In this document: in pieces, positions 51,475-60,889 of the stretch
Numbering within the stretch: the first letter of the stretch is position 1
How the letters are laid out: each line of letters opens with the position of its first letter
Origin: Candidatus Multivorans sp.
Lineage (GTDB): Bacteria > Acidobacteriota > Thermoanaerobaculia > Multivoradales > Multivoraceae
Direction of reading: 5' to 3'
DNA length: 64,000 nucleotides
Assembly (NCBI GenBank): GCA_965224025.1
Contig: OZ245033.1
Location: 2,944,001-3,008,000, forward strand
The notes under the pieces: model-generated
What the model saw: only the letters and a program-made list of their open reading frames with translations
What the model was told of the DNA's origin: nothing
The model's database searches: none
Program-made: the position numbers and the translations under genes

Positions 51475-51858
51475 GTGATTCTCGTTGACACCTCGTCCTG
51501 GATCCACCTGCTGCGTCCGCATGGCGACCCGGCCGTTCGCGCTCGGGTCGAAGCCGCCCTGACGTCCGGACAGGCCTGCTGGTGTCCGGTGGTGCAGCTT
51601 GAACTCTGGAACGGCGCCCGCGGCGGTCGGGAGCGGAAGGTGCTGCGGCGCTTTGCCGATACGCTCCCGGAACTGCCAATCGAAGGCGATGTCTGGCAAA
51701 GGGCCTACGAGTTGGCGTCTCGCTCACGAGCCCGAGGGATCACGGTGCCGGTAACCGACATCCTCATCGCTGCGTGCGCGGCGCATCACGGCGCTGCCAT
51801 CGAGACCGCCGATTCAGACTTCGACCTCTTGTTGTCGGTGGATGAGGCGACGAGCTAG
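51475..51858 (+). CDS. vapC: PIN-domain toxin
   Basis: ILVDTSSWI, ELWNG, DILIAA, TADSDF. Confidence 0.88.
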   Translation: MILVDTSSWIHLLRPHGDPAVRARVEAALTSGQACWCPVVQLELWNGARGGRERKVLRRFADTLPELPIEGDVWQRAYELASRSRARGITVPVTDILIAACAAHHGAAIETADSDFDLLLSVDEATS

Positions 51859-51896
51859 CGAGCTTGCGCGGCAGAACGATCTGACCTGGGAACCCG

Positions 51897-51997
51897 TGTG
51901 GCGCGACCCGCGCCACACGCGAACCACTCCGTGCGCCCGTCATCGGAAGCACGGATGGCACGCGGGCGTCTCGCCCGCATCCGGCGCGAAGCGCCGG
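51897..51997. repeat. Cluster of GC hairpins including a REP-like copy
   Basis: GTGTGGCGCG-N3-CGCGCCACAC, GCGGGCGTCTCGCCCGC, CCGGCGC-GAA-GCGCCGG. Confidence 0.6.
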
Positions 51998-52155
51998 CTT
52001 CCGGGAGTTCTGTCGCGCTAGCGAGCGCCACTCCGCGAGTCGTCCCGGTGCGGCCCGAAACCCTCGCGCCGGCTCCGCGTAGGTTAGGACCATAGAATGC
52101 CCGCCATGAAACGACTGACCGGTGGAGTGCGTCCGCCGGTGCTACCGGTGCGCCG

Positions 52156-53385
52156 GTGAGCGCCCTGGCGAGTCCGGGCGGTGGCTCCGAGCCGCCGGCG
52201 CGACCGGATCTCTCCATCCTCCGCGCCGACGACGAGTACGAATACCGGCCTCGCCGGGGCCGCTACATCAAGTGGGGCATCTTCCTGGTGCTCGTCATAG
52301 CGGCGGTCTACGCATGGCGCACGGTGCCGTTCGACCAGTACGCGCCGTGGCTCATGCCCGAGGTGGAGACGGTGACCGTGCAGCGGCTGACGGCGGAGCA
52401 GGCGTCGGCGGTGCTCAACGCGACCGGCTACACGTACGCGCGGGTGCGGGCCGCCGTGGGAGCGAAGATCACGGGCCGGATCACGGAGCTCTACGTCGAC
52501 GAGGGGGACGCGGTGGCGGCCGGGGATCTGATCGCCGTACTGGACAGCAAGGATCTGGAGGCTGCGGTGCGTCGGGCCGAGGCGGCCCTGATCGAGTCGA
52601 CGGCGCGGCTTGCCGACGCGGTGCGCGAGGAGGGTCGTCAGCGCCGGGTCGTCGAGGCGGGCGTGGCCCCCAGTGCCGACCACGACGCGGCGATCACGAC
52701 GCTCCAGGTGGCGAAGGCCCAAGTCGGCACGGCGCGCGCCAACCTCGACTCGGTCCGGGCCCAGTTGGAGTACACGGTCATCCGCTCCCCGGTCGACGGC
52801 GTGGTCATCGAGCGCACGGTCGAAGTGGGCGAGATGGTGGCGCCGGGCGGGTTCACCAGCCAGCAGTCGACCGGGGCGCTGGTGCGGATCGCCGATCCGA
52901 CCTCCCTCGAGGTCGAGGCGGATATCAACGAGAGTTACATCGCCCGCATCGAACTCCGCCAGCCTGCCGCGATCCGGGTCGATGCCGTGCCCGACCACGA
53001 GTACAGCGGCAGTCTGCGCCAGATCGTGCCGACGGCCGATCGCCAGCGGGCCGTGGTCCAGGTCAAAGTGACGATCGACGACCGGGACGAACGCCTGGTG
53101 CCGGACATGAGCTGCACCGTGACCTTCCTGCAGGAGGGTACGGACCAGGCCGCGCTCGAGGCGGCGCCGAAGGTCTTGATTCCGGCGGTCGCGGTCGTGA
53201 CCGAAGGCGGCCGGAGCTACACCTGGGTTGTCCGGGATGGCGCCCTCGTCCGCTCGGCGATCGAGTTGGGCCTGGAGCAGGACACCGACTTCGAAGTGCT
53301 GTCGGGTTTGAGCGGCGGCGAAACGGTCGTGCGGCAACCGTCGGCGGATCTCGTCGACGGGATGCGGGTGCGCGAGGTCTCGTGA
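52156..53385 (+). CDS. Efflux periplasmic adaptor subunit (MacA/HlyD-like)
   Basis: TM anchor, GRITELYVDEGD, coiled coil, IRSPVDGVV, VEADINE, IVPTADRQRA. Confidence 0.9.
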   Translation: MSALASPGGGSEPPARPDLSILRADDEYEYRPRRGRYIKWGIFLVLVIAAVYAWRTVPFDQYAPWLMPEVETVTVQRLTAEQASAVLNATGYTYARVRAAVGAKITGRITELYVDEGDAVAAGDLIAVLDSKDLEAAVRRAEAALIESTARLADAVREEGRQRRVVEAGVAPSADHDAAITTLQVAKAQVGTARANLDSVRAQLEYTVIRSPVDGVVIERTVEVGEMVAPGGFTSQQSTGALVRIADPTSLEVEADINESYIARIELRQPAAIRVDAVPDHEYSGSLRQIVPTADRQRAVVQVKVTIDDRDERLVPDMSCTVTFLQEGTDQAALEAAPKVLIPAVAVVTEGGRSYTWVVRDGALVRSAIELGLEQDTDFEVLSGLSGGETVVRQPSADLVDGMRVREVS

Positions 53386-53398
53386 CCGCTTGGAGAGA

Positions 53399-53464
53399 AT
53401 GAGTGAAGCTGCACGAAGGGCGTCCGCTACAGAGGGCGCCATGGAGGATCTGATCGATGACTGA
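53399..53464 (+). CDS. Putative 21-aa peptide A (MSEAARRASATEGAMEDLIDD)
   Basis: GGAG upstream; first of two 58-bp units; stop overlaps the next ATG region. Confidence 0.45.
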   Translation: MSEAARRASATEGAMEDLIDD

Positions 53465-53522
53465 AGCGGTGCGAAGAGGCGCGCGTACACACGGTGCCAT
53501 GGAGGCTCTGATCCATGGCTGA
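53457..53522 (+). CDS. Putative 21-aa peptide B ([21 protein letters not shown])
   Basis: GGAGG 9 nt upstream; 12/21 residues identical to peptide A; stop overlaps the ATPase start. Confidence 0.45.
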   Translation: MTEAVRRGARTHGAMEALIHG

Positions 53523-54219
53523 GACCGTCGTCCAACTGCGGGACGTGACGAAGAACTACCGGCGTGACGCCTTCGAGCTGAAGGTGCTGCAGGGGATCAC
53601 TCTCGATGTCGAACAGGGCGACTTCGTTGCCCTGATGGGACCCTCGGGCTCAGGCAAGAGCACGCTGCTCAACCTGCTCGCGGGCATCGACCAGCCGAGC
53701 AGCGGCGAACTGGTCGTGGCCGGGCAACAGGTCAGCCGACTGGGCGAGAGCAAGCTCGCACTGTGGCGTCAGCGTCACATCGGCTTCATCTTCCAGTTCT
53801 ACAACCTGATTCCGGTGCTCACGGCGTACGAGAACGTGGAACTGCCGCTCACCCTGCGACGATCGTCGAGGGCGGCGCGCAGGAAGCGAGTCGAGACCGC
53901 GCTCTCCGTGGTCGGCTTGCAGAACCGAATGAAGCACTATCCGCGGCAGCTCTCCGGCGGCCAGGAGCAGCGGGTGGCGATCGCCCGCGCGATCGTCACC
54001 GACCCGACGCTGCTGCTCGCCGACGAGCCGACCGGCGATCTGGACGCCGAGTCCGGCCGGGAGGTGCTGGACCTGCTCGGTCAGTTGAACGAGCAGTTCA
54101 ACAAGACGATCCTGATGGTGACGCATGATCCGAACGCCGCGGCGAGGGCCAAGCGCCTGTTGCGACTGGACAAGGGCCGCCTGGTTTCGTCGGAGCAGGG
54201 AGGAGGAGCGGGAGCATGA
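53515..54219 (+). CDS. ABC ATP-binding protein (MacB/LolD-like)
   Basis: [42 protein letters not shown]. Confidence 0.93.
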   Translation: MAETVVQLRDVTKNYRRDAFELKVLQGITLDVEQGDFVALMGPSGSGKSTLLNLLAGIDQPSSGELVVAGQQVSRLGESKLALWRQRHIGFIFQFYNLIPVLTAYENVELPLTLRRSSRAARRKRVETALSVVGLQNRMKHYPRQLSGGQEQRVAIARAIVTDPTLLLADEPTGDLDAESGREVLDLLGQLNEQFNKTILMVTHDPNAAARAKRLLRLDKGRLVSSEQGGGAGA

Positions 54220-55361
54220 TCAAGCTGATTCGCCGCAACCTGCTGCGCAACAAGCGCCGCACCTTCCTGACCATGGCGAGTCTGGCGATGGCGCTGTTCA
54301 TCCTGTCGCTGCTGGGCGTCGTCAACGACGCGATGAGCTTCGCCGACGAGTCGGCGATCCCCGACCGGCTGGTCGTGCGCAACGCGATTTCGCTGACGTT
54401 CCCGTTGCCCGAGGCGTACGAGCAGCGGCTTCGAACGATCGACAACGTGGTGTCGGTGACACCCCAGAACTGGTTCCAGGGCGTCTACAAGGACCAGAGA
54501 CCCGAGAACTTCTTCCCGCGCTTCACGATCGATCCGGACACGTTCCGGAGTGTTTTCTACGACCTGGAGTGGGACGAGGAGGAGTGGGAGGCATTCGCGG
54601 CGCAGCGCACCGCCTTCGCGGCCGGCCGCGAGCTGACCGAGATCCAGGGGTGGTCGCTCGGCGACGTGATCACGATCAAGGGGGACATCTACCCGATCGA
54701 CGTGGAACTCCAGTTGCGCGCGATCTACGACTTCGACGAGCCGGGCCAGGAGCGGCAGATCTTCTTCCACCGGCGTTACGTCGAGGAGGCGATGGGCAAT
54801 CCCGGCCAGAACGGTACCTACTGGTTGCTGCTCGACGACCCGGAGGCCGCGCCCGCGGTCATTGCCGCAGCCGAGGCCATGTTCGAGAACTCGGACAACC
54901 AGGTGCGGGCGGAGACGGCAGAGGCGTTCGCGGCCTCGTTCACGGAGATGCTGGGCAACATCCAGTTCTTCTTCTCGATGATCGGGCTGGCGATCGTCAT
55001 CTCGATCTTCCTCATCACGGCGAACACGATGGCGATGGCGGCGCGCGAGCGGACCACCGAGGTTTCCGTGCTCCGTACCCTGGGCTTCCGGCGCAACCAG
55101 GTGCTCGGCATGGTGATCGGCGAGTCGCTGGCGGTAGGCGTGCTGGGCTCCGCGCTCGGCCTCGGCTTCACAGCGGTCGCCATTCAGGGTGCGACGCCGT
55201 TCCTGGAGCAAATGGGCTTCGGGTTTGGCGGGTTCGCACTCGACACTCAGGTCCTGGCGACCGCGGTCGCGATCGGTATCTCGGTAGGCCTGCTGAGCGG
55301 CGTCTTCCCGGCGGTCGCGGCGGCACGGCTCAAGATCGTCGACGGATTGAGGCGGCTGTGA
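54216..55361 (+). CDS. ABC permease (MacB/FtsX-like)
   Basis: RNLLRNKRRT, RERTTEVSVLRTLGF, 1+3 TM layout. Confidence 0.9.
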   Translation: MIKLIRRNLLRNKRRTFLTMASLAMALFILSLLGVVNDAMSFADESAIPDRLVVRNAISLTFPLPEAYEQRLRTIDNVVSVTPQNWFQGVYKDQRPENFFPRFTIDPDTFRSVFYDLEWDEEEWEAFAAQRTAFAAGRELTEIQGWSLGDVITIKGDIYPIDVELQLRAIYDFDEPGQERQIFFHRRYVEEAMGNPGQNGTYWLLLDDPEAAPAVIAAAEAMFENSDNQVRAETAEAFAASFTEMLGNIQFFFSMIGLAIVISIFLITANTMAMAARERTTEVSVLRTLGFRRNQVLGMVIGESLAVGVLGSALGLGFTAVAIQGATPFLEQMGFGFGGFALDTQVLATAVAIGISVGLLSGVFPAVAAARLKIVDGLRRL

Positions 55362-55392
55362 CGATGGACGGCTGCGTGCGCAAGGAGACGGC

Positions 55393-56550
55393 ATGATCCC
55401 GATCAAGTACACCTACCGCAACTTGTTCGAGCGCCGAGGCGTGGCCTTCATGACACTGGCTTCGATCGGATTCGTCGTCCTCGTCTACATCGGCGTGCTC
55501 GCCCTCGCCGGCGGCCTGCGGGCCGCGTTCGCGGACACCGGGGACCCCTCGGTCGTCATCGTGATGCGGGACGGCACCCGCGCCGAGATGGAGAGTTCCT
55601 ACGCGCAGGAGAGCCACCGCCTCCTGACCGCGATGCCGGGCGTCGAGCGGACGGCCGGCGGCGACGTGGCGGCGTCCGGCGAGACGGTGACGATCCAGAT
55701 CTTCGAGCGGGTCGACGGTACCGAAACGAACGTGATGGTCCGTGGGGTGGAGCCCGGAGGGTTCGCCATCCGGCCTACTTTCGAGATCACGGAGGGCCGG
55801 CGCTTCGAGCCCGGCCGAGGTGAGATCATCGTCGGCCGCAGCCTGGCCGGCCGGCTTGGCCTGCGGGTCGGCGACGAGCGCGAGTTGGGGCGGAACACGT
55901 TCCGGGTCGTCGGCCTGTTCACCGGCGTGGGCGCCCACGGTTCCGAGATCTGGGGCGACTACCGCGACCTGGGCGACTCGTTCCGCCGCAGTGGCTACTA
56001 CTCCTCGACCCGGCTCCAGGCGGCGTCGCCGGCGGCCGCCCGGGACCTGATCGAGACGGTCAAGGCCGAGCAGCGGCTCCAGGTGCAGGCCCTTTCGGAA
56101 CCCGAGTACTACGAGCTCCAGTCGGAAACGTCATCGGGCCAGTTCATCATCCTCGGCAACGTGCTGGCCGTGCTGATGGCGGTCGGCGCCTGCTTCGCCG
56201 CCGCGAACACGATGTACGCTCAGGTCGCCGCGCGCGCCCGCGAGATCGGCACCCTGCGCGCCCTCGGTTTCAAGCGGCGCTCGATCATGGGCAGCTTCTT
56301 CCTGGAAGCGGTGCTGCTCGGAGTGGTCGCCGGCGGTTTCGGTGCCCTGCTGTCGCTGCCGCTCAACGCGATCCAGACCGGCACGATGAACCAGGTCACG
56401 TTCAGCGAGATCACGTTCCAGTTGCGAACGACGCCGTTCGCCCTCTTTTCGGGCATCTTCCTGGCCACCGTGACCGGCGTCCTCGGCGGCCTGCTGCCGG
56501 CCTTCGGCGCCTCGCGCCAGAAGATCACGGACCTCCTGCGAGAGGCGTAG
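55393..56550 (+). CDS. ABC permease (MacB/FtsX-like)
   Basis: RAREIGTLRALGF, GGLLPA; AAGGAG SD. Confidence 0.9.
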   Translation: MIPIKYTYRNLFERRGVAFMTLASIGFVVLVYIGVLALAGGLRAAFADTGDPSVVIVMRDGTRAEMESSYAQESHRLLTAMPGVERTAGGDVAASGETVTIQIFERVDGTETNVMVRGVEPGGFAIRPTFEITEGRRFEPGRGEIIVGRSLAGRLGLRVGDERELGRNTFRVVGLFTGVGAHGSEIWGDYRDLGDSFRRSGYYSSTRLQAASPAAARDLIETVKAEQRLQVQALSEPEYYELQSETSSGQFIILGNVLAVLMAVGACFAAANTMYAQVAARAREIGTLRALGFKRRSIMGSFFLEAVLLGVVAGGFGALLSLPLNAIQTGTMNQVTFSEITFQLRTTPFALFSGIFLATVTGVLGGLLPAFGASRQKITDLLREA

Positions 56551-56617
56551 GGGGGCGCCCGCCCCCCTCAGCGGAGCCGGCCTTCGGCCGGCGCGTTTCC
56601 TGGCCGCCTTCGGCGGC

Positions 56618-56776
56618 AGCGGACCAGAAGGTCCGCGCACCCAGAGAACGGGAGGAGATTCCGCGGGACGCTTTGCTGCAGTCTGGGAAGGCTCGCAGCG
56701 GCGTCATGTCATTTGCATGTAGAGAACCTCGCCACACCGGGGTGGTTCTCTGGGTGCGCGGACCCTCTGGTCCGCT
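56618..56776. repeat. Third copy of the REP-ended element, inverted relative to 19625 and 19893
   Basis: Same terminal repeats; interior reverse complement matches CACCCCGGTG..GTTCTCTACATGC..TGACATGACGCCGCTG..ACTGCAGCA..TCCCGCGGAA. Confidence 0.88.
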
Positions 56777-56958
56777 GCCGGGCGCCGCCACGAAGCGGCG
56801 GGCGATACACCGCGTGTAGTCTCTTTAGATGCCCATCAGCTCCGCGCTCAAGCGGTGCTCCGGCCAGCCACGGCCGGCCTCTCGCCACCTCTGCTCAACG
56901 CTCGTCGCAGTGGCTCTCGTGCTTGCAGGATGCGCCGACGCACCCGCGCCTCCACTAG

Positions 56959-58927
56959 CCCGAAGTTCTGAGCTTCAAGTCGTGAAATCGCCTGTAGTGG
57001 TGGGCGTTTTCAGTTGTTCGGCGGTGTCTTGTACTGGGTACGTCGGCTTCAGGGGCGGATGCCGAGTAGTTTGAAGGCTTCGTTCTGGAGTGGAGTGGGC
57101 CGTGCGAGGACGTCGGCTGTGGAGTCGGCGTCGCCGTGCATCCGCACCCGGTTTCGGGTCAGCGTGGCCAGGTCGGCGAGCAAGGTCTGGAAGCTGTGGA
57201 CGGGGAGTCCGTCGGGGGTCCTCCGGGAGTTGGCCTTGGCCATCGCCTCGGGCGACCTGCGCGCGGGATCGACGGGCGACTCGCGTTGGCCGTCGCGGCG
57301 TTGGTCGTCGAAGAGGATGGGCGCCAGGGTCCGGCGCATGTGCCACTCGACGTAGTAGGCGAGCATGCAGAGGAAGACGTGGGCGCGCACCCTCGAGGCC
57401 AGGCGATGGTGGACGGGGCGCACCTTGAGGTCGACGCTCTTGAAGGAGCGGAAGGCGCGTTCGACGCGGCTGAGGCTCTTGTAGGCGCGGACCGCATCGG
57501 CTGCCGGCAGTTCGTTTTCGGGGACGTTGGTGCGGATGACGTAGAAGCCGTCGAGAGCGGCTTCCTCGGCGATGCGCGCCTCGTTGCGGCGGTATTGGAA
57601 GCCGTCCTCTTCGATCTCGACCTCGAAGTGCTTGCCGACCTTGTAGGCGCCCCGGGCGCGGTCCGCGCGCACGGCGATGGCGTCCTTGCCGCGCAGGGGG
57701 TTCTTCTTGCGCCGCGTCGCCGCAACGACGGCGTCGAGCTTGCGCTCGGTGGATTCGAGAAGCTCCTGGCGCTTGCGGCCGCGTTCCTCCGCCAGAAGCG
57801 GGTTCCGGCACACCACGAGGCGCTCCTTCGGGTACAGCTCCGGAACCCTGATCTCGGCCATCTTCCGCTGGTCGAAGAGCGACAGTTGCAGGTGGCCTTC
57901 CTGGGCCAGCGTCCTGATCGCCGGCGCGCGCAGGGCGCTGATCCAGGACAGGCCCGCGGGGTCGAGGTCCTCGCGGATGCGCGCGTCGGTGATCAGGCCC
58001 CGGTCTGAGACCATCACGATCCTCTCCAGCGAGAAGCGGTCGCGGAGCTTCTGCACCTGGGCGTTCAGGGTCGTCGGATCGGCCGTGTTGCCCTCGAATA
58101 CCTCGACCGCGACCGGGCATCCGTCCCGGCTGCAGAGCAGGCCGAAGACGATCTGGACCTTGCCTCTCTTCTTGTCCCTGGAGTAGCCGTGCCTGGCCAG
58201 CGTGCACTTCCTGCCCTCAAAGTAGACCGAGGTCACGTCGCAGAGCACCAGCGAGCCGTCTTCCAGATGCCGCCGGGCAAGAGTCCGCTCGATGCGCGGC
58301 TGTCTTTCGAGCAGCCAGTCCATGGCGCCGTAGAGTTCGTCGGCCGAGGCCTCCTGCACGCCGAGTTCCTCGCCGAGGGTGTGGCTCATGGTCTCGCTTG
58401 CGAGTCCGCGGGCGGTGGCGAGCTTGGATCGCGGCTCGAGGATGCGGGCCGCGATCATGGCCAGCGCCAGCGCCCGCTCGCGCGAGGGCCGTCGATCGAG
58501 GAGCCGTTCGAGGCCGAGGCTTCGGGCCGCGCCGAGGACGGCGGCGACGTGGCCGTGCGGTCTGGCGCGCAGGATCTCGAAGGCGGCCTCGAGCGAAGGC
58601 AGGGCGACTCCTCCCTTGAGCAGGGTTCTGAGTCCTTCGACGAGTTGATCGGGCCACTTGGAGAGGTTGGCGAGAGTGCGTTTCTTGACCTTTCCGTCCT
58701 GTCGGTGGGACTCTCTCAGCAGGACGGCTGGTGGTGAGTTTCGGTTGGGTACCCGTTCGATGTACATGGCTTCTCATTGTAGACGAAACCATTCAGAATG
58801 TCTACATGCCACGAGATCATTACATGGCTACCAATGGCGGAAAACAGGGGCGGCCCAACACCCGAAAACCCAAGCACTGCAACGCCTCTCGACGACGAGG
58901 AGGCCCCAGGAGCCTCAGAACTTCGGA
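56959..58927 (-). mobile_element. IS1634-family insertion sequence, about 1.97 kb
   Basis: Ends CCCGAAGTTCTGAG / CTCAGAACTTCGGA, flanked by duplicated CTAG (56955-56958, 58928-58931). Confidence 0.9.
57049..58767 (-). CDS. IS1634-family DDE transposase
   Basis: MYIERVPNRNSPPAVLLRES, CDVTSVYFEG, GYSRD, SDRGL, YKSLSRVERAFR, RVRAHVFLCMLAY. Confidence 0.93.
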   Translation of the reverse strand: MYIERVPNRNSPPAVLLRESHRQDGKVKKRTLANLSKWPDQLVEGLRTLLKGGVALPSLEAAFEILRARPHGHVAAVLGAARSLGLERLLDRRPSRERALALAMIAARILEPRSKLATARGLASETMSHTLGEELGVQEASADELYGAMDWLLERQPRIERTLARRHLEDGSLVLCDVTSVYFEGRKCTLARHGYSRDKKRGKVQIVFGLLCSRDGCPVAVEVFEGNTADPTTLNAQVQKLRDRFSLERIVMVSDRGLITDARIREDLDPAGLSWISALRAPAIRTLAQEGHLQLSLFDQRKMAEIRVPELYPKERLVVCRNPLLAEERGRKRQELLESTERKLDAVVAATRRKKNPLRGKDAIAVRADRARGAYKVGKHFEVEIEEDGFQYRRNEARIAEEAALDGFYVIRTNVPENELPAADAVRAYKSLSRVERAFRSFKSVDLKVRPVHHRLASRVRAHVFLCMLAYYVEWHMRRTLAPILFDDQRRDGQRESPVDPARRSPEAMAKANSRRTPDGLPVHSFQTLLADLATLTRNRVRMHGDADSTADVLARPTPLQNEAFKLLGIRP

Positions 58928-60821
58928 CTAGAGCCGCCCCTCCCCAACATCGTCCTCATCGTCCCCGACGACCTCGGCCGCCACGACGTGAGCTTCCACG
59001 GCGGCGAGATCGCGACGCCGAACATCGACCGCATCGCGGCCGAGGGAGTGCTGATCGAGCGCTTCTACAGTGCGCCCGTCTGCTCGCCGACCCGGGCTGG
59101 CCTGATGACCGGCCGCTATCCGATCCGTTTCGGGCTGATGCGGGCGGTGATCGCGCCCTGGCGGGACTACGGTCTCGACACGTCGGAGGTCGCCCTGCCG
59201 GAAGTGTTGGCCCGTGCCGGTTACGAACACCGCGGCATCTTCGGCAAGTGGCACCTGGGCCACTTCGACCGCAAGTACCACCCGCTGCGCCGGGGCTTCA
59301 CGGAGTTCGTGGGCCACAACACGGCGGTCGACTACTTCACGAAGGAGCGGGAGGGCGAGCGGGACTGGAGCCACGACTACGAGTCGGTGGACGAGGAGGG
59401 GTACGTCACGGACCTGCTGACCGAGCACGCGGTGGGGTTCATCGATCGCCATGCCGGCAGTGAGGCGCCGTTCTTCCTCTACGTCCCGTTCAGCGCTCCG
59501 CATTATGAGGACCTGGACGCGCTCGAGCCGCCGCGCGGCTGGGAGGAATCGACGGCTGGCCGGCCGCTTGCCGCCGATGACCGGCGGCGCGACGGCAGCC
59601 GCATTCACGCCGCGATGGTCCACGCGCTAGATCAGTGCGTCGGCCGCGTCCTCGACGCGCTCGACGATCACGGAATCGCCGACAACACGCTCGTGCTCTT
59701 CTTCAGCGACAACGGCGGCTCCGTCGGCATCGGTGACACCGGCCCGTACCGGGGCGCCAAGGGCAGCGTCTTCGAAGGAGGCACCCGGGTCGCGGCTGCG
59801 GCGCGCTGGCCGGCGGGGAACATCTCGGGTGGCGGCCGGATCGAGGCGCCGGTGTCGTACATCGACGTGCTACCGACGCTGATGGGCATTGCCGGCCTCG
59901 ACGATCACGGCGGTAAGCCGTTGGACGGCCGGGATGTTGGTGACGTGCTGACGGGAGAGGCCGAGGCCGGACCGGAGCGCGATCTCTACTCCTTCATCGC
60001 CCAGCTCGACCCGGAGCGCGAGCAGGTCTCGGTGACGGAGGCCGAGTGGAAGCTCGTTGTGGTCGGGCCGCCGCTGGTTCGTGAGGGCGCGGTGGACGCG
60101 TCGCGGACGATGCTGTTCCGGCTTGCAGGGGATCCTCTGGAAGAACTGGACGTGGCGGCTGACCATCCCGATCTGGTGGCTCGGCTGGTCGAGAAGGCGG
60201 CCGACTTCCGGGCATTGCAGCCGCCGAATCCGGTGGCGCCGTTCTTCGCAGGCCGCGACGACTACCTGGTCTGGCACTACCACGAGAAGGGTAAGCGGTA
60301 CGCCGATCCGCTGCTGTGGGGTCCTGGCGGGGAGGGCGGGACCCACGAGGGGCAGTACGGCCCCGATCTGTTTGTGGACTTCCTGCTCGACCGGATCGAG
60401 CGGAGGGACGACGCCGGAGAAGCAGTGCCGGTCGAGCGGACGTGGGTGCACGGGTTCATCATCTACACGGCGTCCGGGCACATGGCCGTTCACCTGGTGC
60501 GGCCTGACCGCCAGGCCTTCGCCGGCCCTCGCCCGACCGCCGAGGAGGCGGCCTCCGCGATGCGGACGTACATCAGCTACTTCGGGCCGTACACGATCCA
60601 CGCGGACGACGGCTACATCGTTCACCACCGGTCCGGCTGCTGGTTCCCGAATTGCATGGACACGGATGCTCAGCGCTTCTACGAGTTCGGAGAGCGAACG
60701 CTGACGCTCCAGCCTCCGGCTCGGGAGGTGGATGGGAACATGGTTCAGGACTCGTTCGTGTGGGAGCAGATCGGGGAGTAGCGGCGGTCATTGCGCTTGG
60801 CCCGGACCAAACTGGCGCACG

Positions 60822-60856
60822 GCGCCGGATGCGGGCAGGATGCCCGCGTTCCCAGG
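60822..60856. repeat. REP-like palindrome
   Basis: Reverse complement CCTGGGAACGCGGGCATCCTGCCCGCATCCGGCGC matches copies at 44720 and 51957; between convergent genes. Confidence 0.65.
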
Positions 60857-60889
60857 ACCGGAGGGAACGCCGTCTAGCGGTAGTAGTCG

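Larger units (their letters stand above)
56829..60781 (+). pseudogene. Arylsulfatase lipoprotein gene interrupted by IS1634 and fused at its 3' end to other gene pieces
   Basis: LAGC lipobox before the IS; after it PNIVLIVPDDLG, CSPTRAGLMTG, GKWHLG, SDNGG; removing the IS gives APPLEPPLPNI in frame; C-terminus is lipocalin-like. Confidence 0.85.

Noticed and set aside
58658-58927. N-terminus of the 707-aa ORF as native sulfatase sequence
   Set aside because: Lies inside the IS; the native signal peptide is at 56829-56957
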